In this document: positions 53,977 to 64,000 of the stretch, piece by piece
Layout: each line of letters begins with the position of its first letter
Numbering within the stretch: position 1 is the stretch's first letter
Assembly: GCA_976226885.1 (NCBI GenBank)
Contig: OZ320313.1
Span: 13,888,001 to 13,952,000, forward strand
Direction: 5' to 3'
Source of the DNA: Iphione sp. A-MEVVRFRX5
Taxonomy: Eukaryota
DNA length: 64,000 nt
Made by a program: the position numbers and the translations under genes
Notes under the pieces: generated by a model
Told to the model about the DNA's origin: nothing
The model's input: only the letters and a program-made list of their open reading frames with translations
Database searches by the model: none

Positions 53977-54112
53977 TCAACAGGGGGCGCCACCCGTCGA
54001 CCGGGTCCGTCCCCCCTTTAGTAGGCCGAGGAGGGCGATCGAATTTCCAGAGGTGACTTCTTCAATGCGCCAGAAGGGGGCGCTCAAGCACTTCTCAGCC
54101 ACCAGGGGTCGC
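53977..54112 (+). promoter_or_regulatory. cluster of three forward CTCF-like motifs
   Basis: TCAACAGGGGGCGC (53977), CCAGAAGGGGGCGC (54070), CCACCAGGGGTCGC (54099), all on the + strand within 140 bp. Confidence 0.6.
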
Positions 54113-55108
54113 CTGACGATGGGTACCTTTCAATGGTGCCAATTGGTTCAATTCAGCACATTTTACGCCCGCCCTGCGGTGTGTGTGTGTGTGTGTGTGT
54201 GGAGGGGTGGGGCAGGGTGTCTTCTGCCCAGTGTCTGGGGTGCGTGGCTGGGGCCCGTAGTGCAGAGCTTGAACGGGTTGAGTGCGGGGTTTTGGGGGCG
54301 CCTGCCGTTGAATAGGACGTGAGGAATAATACACTAGAGAGGTTGATCGTCAGCACTCTGCTGAGGAGATGATAAGATTTCACCAGGGAAGGTGAGCGTG
54401 ACCGGGTATATGCTGTTCTAACTCTTCGCCCGTCTTTCTAGGAGATCTGACGACTCTTGAAGCTCCCTCCAGTCTCTACCTCGTTTCCTCTACGTGTATG
54501 TACGCCTTGCCTACGTAGTGGTTCATCTCGCTTGCAGACACCTGTATACTCAATGTTTTAACTCTTTTCCTGTTTTATGTTCATGATCCCTACCGCTTTC
54601 CTTGTCCCCTCTGTCTGTCTGTCTGTCTGTCTGTCTCTGCCTCTCTCTGTCTCTGTCTTTCCCTGACTCTTCCATTACTTTCTTATATGTTTTTAATATT
54701 TTCTTTCTTCAGTTTTGCCGGTTTTTGCTTGGTCGTATTATTCCTCAACAATTCACCAACTGATTCGGTATAGTACCGTTTACTTGACACTCCGCACGCT
54801 TCAGCTAGGTCGCCCTACGTCCTGTGCGAAATAATCTTACAAAGATACACCTATCTTCTGGTCGCCGCCACGACTGCTCTGAGGCCCACTCAATAAATAC
54901 ATAAAATATGTTGTGAGAAATCCCCTAAAGTGCTTGCGACTTACCTCTGAAGAATCGAGGAAAATCACAGGCCTGTCAGAAAGAGTACAGACTTCTGTCT
55001 CAAAGGGAAGCCAAATGGCTTCAGGTTTCTGAGCTTTGAGCCATTGGATAAATCCGGAGGGGAAAGTGGATCCTCCAGCGTGCCGGCTCTTTCTAGGCCT
55101 TCAGTGTA

Positions 55109-55121
55109 GGGTCAGAGGTCA
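55109..55121 (+). promoter_or_regulatory. nuclear-receptor DR1 element
   Basis: GGGTCA g AGGTCA, both half-sites canonical. Confidence 0.35.
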
Positions 55122-56347
55122 GGTGGGGCTCCCGGAGGGAAGGAGGGAGGAGGGAGGGGGGTGGGGGGCTGGGCGTGCTGGTGGAAGCCTCGGTCAATCT
55201 GCCTTCGTGCCTCTCTGATGACATTGACCGGACCGGTAACGACATCTGGCGACCGCGGAAGTAGGCAGTGCCGGCTGGCCAGGCTAAACACATTGCCATA
55301 CCTGATGTAATCCACCACGCATGGTACGTGAGGACGGCCTGCAAGTCACTTGAGCAGGCAATGCGAACAGCTAGCCGAACACGCCCAAAGCAGCCTGCAT
55401 AAATGATCAGAGGGATCCCCCACCACCACCACTCCCCCACCCCACCCCCACTACTCAACAATCCAGGTCAACCACCGCACACCCAGTACTTTCCCTGATT
55501 CACTCTTGAAAGGTTCCTCGCATCACGAGATATAATCCCCGTTAAATGAACCTTCTTCTACTTCTAGAAAAACCAATTATCGCTCACCCTAGCTCGCTAA
55601 GACACTCTGCGATTTACTGTTTTTGCCTCGATTGCCGGCTTATGACACGGTTCTTCAGTATTCATAGGGGCCCCTCTCATTTTTATCTAGGATATCAGAA
55701 TAAAATCTAGGCGAAGGAATCTGCTCTAAGACGTTAATGGAGGATTGAGCTTCCCAGCATGAATCTTGTAGTTAAGGGGGACGATGTATGGTAGCCAAAG
55801 TTCTTTGAATGAGTAGAACTCTTGGAATAACTTTTTCACGGTGGTCGTAAACAAAAACAAGAGCGGTGTTCGACATTTTTATTTCTATTTGTGTGAAAGT
55901 GATTCATGATAGATACTTCTAAATGGGATAAATAATAAAATAATTTATATTAAACTTGTTAACACTTTTCACATTGTTTCTCAATATTTTCATAACAATA
56001 TGAGAAAACCTGGTAATTTTTTGGCAGACGGACATCCTGTAACCCAAGAAAAATGGAAACCATCAGTTTCTTTTAAAGGAGACCATTTCTGCCATCCTGG
56101 AATAAAGCTTTCACATCAGAGTGACAAACCGGGAAAAACAGAGGTCAATGGTATGCAAAGACGCATGCAAAAATACACACTTTAAATGCCAAGGTACATA
56201 AATATATACATGTATACATACTATACATACCAACTTCCATAAAATTCATACATAGCCTACATGTACATGTATACATACATAGCAAGTGAGAATACGTGGC
56301 AGAGTTTACGACTCCTGCAAAACAAACACACGCATACATGCATGCCG

Positions 56348-56396
<49 letters not shown>

Positions 56397-56924
56397 GACA
56401 CGGTGCAGGTGTGATGTAGGCTCAGGTGATTATTCTTCAAGGATCCTCCGGGGAATTCTCCGTTGCATCCAATAACGTAGGAAACACACCTCATTCAAGA
56501 CAGGTCGCACTGGGGGCGAATGGCCTTAGTCTCGGTCGCACCTGGCACCTCGGGTCTGATTATGCCTTGTCTACGGGCGCGGGGGAGAGAAGACCTGAGG
56601 CCTCCACATTGACAGTCCACTCACGCCCCGGACCACCAGCGCCGTCTGCCGCGCTGGGGGTGCGGGGGTGGGTGGGGGGCAGGTTGAAGTCGGGTATTGA
56701 TGAGTCCGGACATAAGTATTCCTCTTACCTGATCGAGCACCGTGTCGGCTTAATTCGCCTCGGTGGACATGTAGCGGTGGTGGCGTATACTCAAGTCAAG
56801 ATGCCCATGCTTCAACAAATCACCTTTTCATTCCCCTCTTGGACGCTTAGATCCACAGAGAGAATAAAAAAAACGTAACTGATGGTGGGAAGAAACTGAG
56901 TAGAGAGCACAGATAGCAATGGTG

Positions 56925-57690
56925 AAAAAAGCAGTAGTGGAAGTAGTAAAGGTAGTAGCAGTTGTTGTAGTAGTAGCAGAAGTGGTCGCGGTGATGGTGA
57001 TGGTAGTAGGAGTTTTAGTACTGTTGGTGGTGTTGGTAGTAGTAGTAGTTGTAGTAGTAAAAGTGATGATAGTGCATTGTAGTAATAGTAGAAGTGCTAG
57101 CGATAGTAGTAGTGTTAGTAGTGGTAGTCATAGTGATGGTAGTAGAAGCATTCTATATAGTTTGGGTTATTCTAGTAGTAGTAGTAGTAGTAGTACTAGA
57201 AGAAGTGGTAGTGGTGTTGGTTATGGTGGTAGGAGTATTAGTACTGTTGGTGGTGTTGGTAGTAATAACATTAGTAGAAGTGATGATAGTGCAGTGTAGT
57301 GACAGTATCAGTGCTGGTGACAGTAGCAGTGTTGAAGGTGGTAGTAATAGTGACGGTAGTAGAATCACTCTGTAAGTTTGGGTTATTCTACTAGTAGCAG
57401 CAGCAGTAGTAGAAGTAGTGGTAGTAGTAGTAGTAGAAGAAGTGGTAGTGGTGTTGGTTATGGCGGTAGGAGTATTAGTACGGCTGGTGGCGGTGGTAGT
57501 GATAGTGCAGTATATGAGTAATGATGATAGTGCAGTATAGTGATAGTAGTAGTGTTGGCCGTGGTAGTAATAGTGATGGTAGTAGAAGTATTTTGTATAG
57601 CTGGGGTTGTTCTACTATGTGTAGTAGGAGTAGTAGTAGTTGTAGCTGTAGTAGTTGTTCCTAGAAGTAAAGTGTGATAACAGTAGCAGT
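56925..57690. repeat. GTA/GTG trinucleotide-derived region amplified as ~215-240-bp units (~3 copies)
   Basis: tttgggttattcta-like marker at 57161, 57377 and 57601; gaagtggtagtggtgttggttatgg at ~57202 and ~57439. Confidence 0.9.
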
Positions 57691-57879
57691 TGTAGTACCT
57701 GACAGGCTGGCTTTTAGTGGGATATAATCCTTCCTGAATGGCGCGATGATAATAAATGAATAAAACACATCAGCAAACAGCAAGGCAATGGCAAGTAACA
57801 ACCACGTAGCGGTTGTATACCCGCCCAGCAGATACTCCCAGTGGGAGGGAATATTTATGCATTCTCATGCTCCCATCGA

Positions 57880-58300
57880 ATCCCCGCCGCTAGGGGCAAG
57901 TGTGCCCCGGGAAGCGTGACGTCACCTCCCATTCGTCTTTGTTTGGAGTCTTGACCCTCGGCTACACCTCCAGGGTCGCGAGTACGGGTCTGCTGCATGG
58001 GCGCGAGCCTCCGTGATGGCACCCGGGAGGGTGTGAGGCTACCGTACCTACTGGAGCCCAGTTCCCAACCTCCCTCTCACCCCCCCCATATATCCCCCTC
58101 CCCCCCCACACACACACACACGCAACACCTCTATTGAGAGAGCATCCCTGCCTGCATCCTATTCGATGCTCGAACAATGGGGAGCTACTGTTTTCTTAAT
58201 AAACTGCCAGGGTTGTTTTTTTTCGGTGGTTGATGAACGCGCCCAGAGAACCAAGCGGGCGAGGCGGAGCCCAAATTGGTGTTACGAGAGTATATGGGAA
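57880..58300. promoter_or_regulatory. CpG-rich element with a perfect CRE palindrome
   Basis: GTGACGTCAC at 57916-57925; Sox-type aacaatgg at ~58172; CpG-rich context. Confidence 0.4.
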
Positions 58301-60318
58301 GATGGTGTGAAAGGGGGAACAGTTGAACTGCAGCCGTTATGTGTGTGTGTGTGTGTGTGTGTGTGTGGCGGGGGGGGGGGTTGTGATGGCGGCGAAAGGC
58401 TTGGTCATTGCTGCCTCTGCAGCTTAAATCAGGAACAACAATTACCGTTCTGACAGGCTTCATATTTTTCTCTCACTTTGAAAGTGATCGCCAAGACTGA
58501 ATTTCCCCGTCTTTCAGGCGCGAAATAAGAATTGCCTTGTTAAGGTCTGTGGTCATGACAACAACGGGTAATTAAATTTAGTAACGCTTGACCACACGCA
58601 ATTTTGCTAGTCCTTTTCAATCATGGTAATAAATAAAATTGTCCGGGTACGCTTGTCACATTCGTACTGTTTTCTCCTATTTTTTATAGTCATTTCCTTT
58701 TTAGAAAATATTTTTTTACAAGTTAATTTACCGCTTGCCTGTCTTGTGCAACAGATTGAACTGCTGGAGCGTTCACAGTTTTATTGTTGGGAAAAAATAG
58801 AGGGCACATCAGTATATCAGGTGACAGGGCACTGTAACAAATTATTCCTTGTGGAGCTTTAAAATCTCTTTTTTGAAAAAAAAAGCACCGGTCAGGTCGG
58901 ATCTTGACAACATTTTTCATGCCGTCCTTTAAAATAGGTTCCCTTTCGAACTTTAATCACCTGTCAAATCGGCCCAGGGAATTGCTACTCCATGGGTTTC
59001 AGGTTACACTCCTATACAATAATATACAAATAAAATTGCCTTCCCAATTAGTAAGGCGCAGAGCGCTATTTTTAAAAGGGCCCTGTCCCTTATTAAGAGT
59101 ACATTGTATTTCGTACAGGTAGATGCGTGTATGCTATGGCTCCAATTTGCAGAATACCCCTCTTCAGTAATCCCTACAAATTGATGTTTCTCATATCAGT
59201 ATGTCCAAGGCAAACACGATTCTATTAAACAAGCTTTGGACCAATATGATGAGACACTTACAAAAATAAAAAAAGAATCCACCCGCGATGTGTTACGAAG
59301 CCATAGGGCACGAAAGGCTTTCCAACAAATCGTCCTTACCTCACCAATTATGTGGATCATTCGGGACGTAAACGAGGTCGAAAATCTCTACCATCAATCT
59401 ACCTCTCTAGCCTCTCTGTACTGGTAGAAAGTCCCCTTTTAAAGCTGAATTAAGATCATAGAGTGTTGTCTGAAAGGGAGCCGATCAAATGACCCTGTCA
59501 CACGCCACAACCGGGAGAGGGCAACCTCCCCCTCCTCCTCCTCCTGACGCGCGTGTTTAGACGGACAGATTATATAAAAAGATTTAAAAAAAGTCTCTTA
59601 CCAGCTCGACTCCCATTTAGGAGATCTAAATCATGGCTTGGCCGAAGGAATTCGCGTTTTAAATTGGTCGCGATCGAAGAGTTTGCGTGCGAGCAGGTTT
59701 CCCCCTCGGTGACCGTGTGGAGAAGGGGGGGGGGGCGAGTCGGTGAAGTGTCTGCCTAACCTTTCCAATTGCTATTCTCGTGACGATCGAGCAGATTCAC
59801 GACGGCTGCTCCTGAGCAGGAATACGCTCACACTACCCAGCGACAACATCATCTCTTCTTTTTTCTTCCTGCTTTTCCAACTTGCGTCATGTCGTATTTT
59901 TTGTCACACGTTGTTAAGCCAGCAAATCGCTTTTCCACTAAAACAAGCAGTGCACTGATGGTTTGAAACAAAATACTGAATGGCATGTGAATCCGGCGAG
60001 TTAACATCAGAAACGATGTTTTCCATTTTAAGGCGAAAAGCAAATACTAACATCTCCATAAGAGCTGGGTGGTTCTAAAACATGAGCAAATCCAGTTATT
60101 GCTGTTTTAGCAACATAGGGAAATACATATAGCGATTTACATGTCTATTATACCAATATTTAGTTTCTTTGCTGAATATAGATCTCTGTCTGTTTTAGAA
60201 TACTGATTGAATACTAACCTGGATGAACACTAACCTACCTATATTAAGACGAAGCTGGTTTTGTCTGCAGGCATTGGAGGTCATCATGCGGTTAAATGAA
60301 TCTAGAACAAAGCCTCCA

Positions 60319-60335
60319 GGGTCAGTTCAGGGTCA
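60319..60335 (+). promoter_or_regulatory. perfect DR5 (RARE-type) element with an overlapping DR0
   Basis: GGGTCA gttca GGGTCA; AGTTCA-GGGTCA at 60324-60335 forms a DR0. Confidence 0.45.
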
Positions 60336-60446
60336 AAAGCGGCCTCACCTGCACAGAAATATATTTTTGTCTGAAATCATCCCACCAGATTTCAAACCGA
60401 TATTGGCTCTCCCATTTCGTTCAGGATAGCCAAGGTAATATGTGCA

Positions 60447-60482
<36 letters not shown>

Positions 60483-61646
60483 ATACTGTATCTCCGAGAG
60501 GATGGCATATTTCCCCCCTGTCTACGTGGTAGGTATGAAGTAAACTATCAGATTCCCTTAGCTTTAGGAAGAAGAGTCAGTAACTGAAGAAAAGTCTTCA
60601 CTGCAAGAGGAAATCATTGTCTATACAGTGCCCCCCCCCACAAAAGCAATCACATCAGTAATCAGATCATCTCACAAATCCAGCCAGTTAGGCTGGTTGG
60701 GAACCTCCTTCATCAGATACATTACAGCCTTTCTACCAGTGCATCCCGAACTCCTAGCAAGTCAGCCAGGAACCACCGCTGACGAGATTATTGAGGTTTT
60801 GAAGCATATTGAATTGCGAGCCTTTTGTGTGTGCAGCACTCCGTCCTTTGTGCATAGATATGTATCGGATTAAACGTGATGTAGAACAATACAGAACACA
60901 GCAATAGGCAACTATCACTGCCTTGGAATAAGTTTTAATTAATCAAATAATATGTTTGATATATTGTTTATATCAAAATATAAAGTCTCTTTACAGCCAA
61001 TTATTAAACTGCCTCTAATAAAAAGTTTCCTAAACAGGAAATACGATTCCCATAAAACGTTACCTGCCTCGGAGGACGCCATGACAATACATTTGTATGT
61101 TGATGTATAAAATACAGTCGAACACGACATAAGAGGGGTCAAGGCTGGAAGTGAACTCTCCTTCGCCCTTCCTCTCTGTCTACATAATAAAACTGCATAC
61201 TAACACCTCTTGTGTCACCTTAGTCTACTCCCAATATACATTCAAATGATCCCTTCTGTTTAGGAGTGGTCATGGTAACACCTCTGGTCTCACCTTAGCC
61301 AATTATAGTTCCTTCCATGGGCAGGTTTAGACTGCGAATTCCCAGGTTTAGACCATGAATCAGCAGGTTTACACTTCAAACGGTCACTTTTCGGCCTTTG
61401 AGTATGCAGATCAGACACAGTGTCCTTACACCTCTGGTTCCAAATAGGTATTAAAATACAATGATAACGACCCTAGCAGGGGTGGTGCGAGGCCGAGATT
61501 GGTCGGAAATCATTTTGGTCCGTTTTGCACATATGGAAAATATTTTCATTCCAACTTAAACCAGTCTGAATGGTGGATTTGGTCAGAAATCGAAAAGGTC
61601 AGAAATAGGCGTTCCACTGTATATCGTATATAGCAAAACGTACATA

Positions 61647-61824
61647 CAGTGGAATGCCTTTAATGAGGAGACTCTTGGTTCTCTCTAAAACAGTCTTTGA
61701 GACATGTCCCTTTTAGAAACTTCTTTAATGGTGTGAGAAGGGCAAGAACAGTGTAGAGCCTTTTAATGTATAGCTAATACACCCTATTTGTTCCAAAAGT
61801 GTCCCTGTAAGACGCATTCCTCTG
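61647..61824. mobile_element. Tc1/mariner-type MITE, preceded by the right end of a related copy (ends ~61619)
   Basis: TA|cagtggaatgc ... gcattcctctg|CA; upstream aggcgttccactg|TA is a second related terminus. Confidence 0.65.
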
Positions 61825-63498
61825 CAGTGTCTCGTTAGCCAGAGTTATCGAAGTGGCTCTCATGAAAACAATGATTCCCAGACAAGAGAATACGGCTTCC
61901 CTGGGCCCATCTAACTTTCAACACTTGCTGGCCGAGACTGTCACTAAATACATGTTGAATCATCATATTTTCTCTTTTCGTGATTTCTTTGGTAATCCCC
62001 TTCATACTCGGCTAATCCGCCTCATACTTGGCTGAGCTTGCCTTGCGCTGTGGTTTATCACTTGACGGAAGCACATCCGGGACCTGTGGAGCACTTTTTT
62101 TTCGCTCCTTTCCTCCGGGCCACAGGGAAGCCATGAGACCTTATCTCCGTCTCTCACTATTACGAGGTTTGGAAACAATGCTGACTATTTGATGACAGAC
62201 AGACGTGTGTATGGTAAAAGCTTTGTTCCTGATGAGCACATTCAAACGGGAAGTTTCACTGAAACAACAAAAAAAGACTTTGAATAGACTCCAAAGTCCC
62301 TTCAGCGCCCCTTCCTACCCCCCCCCCCCCGGTCGCATTTCCCCTTCCATAAGTCTGTGTTCCGCGACGGTAATTCCGTTCTTTGCTTGTAATCAAATCT
62401 GAATGATCTCCTGCGTGAAAGGGTTGAGGTCAGCCTCCAGTCTACATGACTCCACATTATTTTTTCGAAACGAGGTCAGACTCAATAGGACCTTCGCATG
62501 GTCTGCGGTTATCACTAAAACAGACTGAGTTTTCTCTGTCCTCTGACGTCACTCCAGATATAACTTCAAACCAACCACAACAACGATGTAATATTCTTTT
62601 TTTTTATTCTTATGTCTTTAACCTCCAGTACACGGGCTGCATTTCTATGTTATTTCTTGTGGAGTTATATAGCTTTCTGTTCTCCCTGCTCCACCAGTTG
62701 TTTTTTTCCCAAAACAGTCCGGGGCTAGGATCTGCCGTCGGGCCGCTAGTACACCAGCCGCCCGAGTGGGGGCGCTGTATATTCCAAGCGGTGTTAACAG
62801 CTACTTACCTCGCCGACCGCTAAGGACCAGCTTAAAGTCGATCGATTCTTGTCTGGCGCCCCTATTCGACACTAAACATTGGTCTGACTAATCTAATTGA
62901 AAGTCCCCCGATAGCTCAATCTCACGCTTGGCATACGTTTCCGAGCAAACAGTGAGCTACTCTCTCCATTATATATATAGATGAGCAGATTCAAGTCGCG
63001 CGTCATTGATTATGGCCATGAAAGCAAATTCCTCTGAAGGCCGATATATATATATATATATATTTGTTTAAAATATACCACGCTAGAGTGGTCTTGAATG
63101 TGTCTTGAATACTTTTTATAAAGTCAGTTTTAACTTGTTTTACTTTATTTCAACCACAATAGACGTTTTTTTCCTGTGTTTTCCCCTAGATCCTTTACCT
63201 CATTCAGGGGTGGGGGTGGGGGTGAGGCTCGGGGTGGGGAGGGCTTTTGTGGCCAGCAACCAAGGAGTTCATTCCGGTGTTGCTTTGATTACTGCCCCGG
63301 AGTAACTCGCTCCAGCAAGACAAGATCACAATATCCATGGCTGCGTGAATTATGTAACGGGTTGATGAATGTATGACATGACCCATAGGCAGCGGGCCAA
63401 GAGACACCTTACATGCGTCATATATCAGCGCCACGCGGCCAGGAAGAGCGCCTATAAACCCAGGCCGCCTCCTCCACCGATGACAGGCCGCGATAAGG

Positions 63499-63570
63499 AC
63501 ATAGCACCCCCAACCGCTAGGGGGCGCTGCCGTCTACATAGCACCCCCACCGCTAGGAGCGCTGCAGTCC
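63499..63570 (+). promoter_or_regulatory. consensus forward CTCF motif and its tandemly duplicated degenerate copy
   Basis: CCGCTAGGGGGCGCTG at 63514-63529; duplicate CCGCTAGGAGCGCTG at 63550-63564; both units start acatagcaccccca. Confidence 0.65.
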
Positions 63571-64000
63571 ATCTGATGGAGTGGATTGCGCTCATCCACA
63601 CAGACACATCTACATATATATATATGTATGTATTTATACACACCACCTTTCTACTCCCACCTAGGGCTCGCTCTGTCTTCTTGAGTGTCCCCTCGCCTGG
63701 CGTGTTTTATTGTTTTTTTTTCTCTCCTCACCCTGGATAAAGCCACCCTTTGTCGTAATTTCTCTTCATTATTCGCTGATGATAAACGCCGTCAATTATT
63801 CAGCGCGCGTGTTTTAAGAGTGCGCCTTCGCTGGCGTTATGGATGGCGAGAGCTGTAATTCATCCCTCCGCGTGCCGTTTTGCCATAGAATAATAAAGTT
63901 GGGCAGTTTAACAAAGCTCAAGTACCTCAGTGCGGAAGCGAAGATAAGGAGACATGAATGTAATGGATTTTCTAAGTCGCGGCCGTTTGACGGACATCTA

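Noticed and set aside
56919-57375. Val-, Ser- or Thr-rich ORFs resembling a mucin
   Set aside because: Frames switch between Leu-, Thr-, Val- and Ser-rich translations with stops, as expected for a non-coding trinucleotide repeat.
60950-60980. 16-nt match to mature miR-190 (ATATGTTTGATATATT) in a small hairpin
   Set aside because: The seed G is missing, the stem is ~9-13 bp with a 5-nt loop (too short for a pre-miRNA), and the sequence is AT-rich.

Overview
Eukaryotic genomic DNA with two N-gaps and no recognisable protein-coding gene, tRNA, rRNA or CRISPR array. All listed ORFs are short, and most are explained by low-complexity repeats. The TACATGTA enrichment, moderate GC and the MITE types suggest an invertebrate deuterostome, probably a lancelet (Branchiostoma); this is inference, not a database match. 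The window reads as a large intron or gene desert. It contains (i) Harbinger-type and Tc1/mariner-type MITEs, three of them with intact TWA target duplications, (ii) mini- and microsatellites, including a 131-bp higher-order repeat built from four ~33-bp monomers, and (iii) many CpG-rich, motif-dense candidate cis-regulatory islands. The most interesting signal is a set of CTCF-like motifs in divergent orientation (reverse at 32.4 and 47.35 kb, forward at 54.0 and 62.8-63.6 kb), the layout typical of a chromatin-domain boundary. Other leads are a perfect DR5 retinoic-acid-response element, a GC3-rich 66-codon fragment with a BEN-domain-like pattern, and several candidate micro-exons. All motif calls were made by eye without PWM or homology searches.
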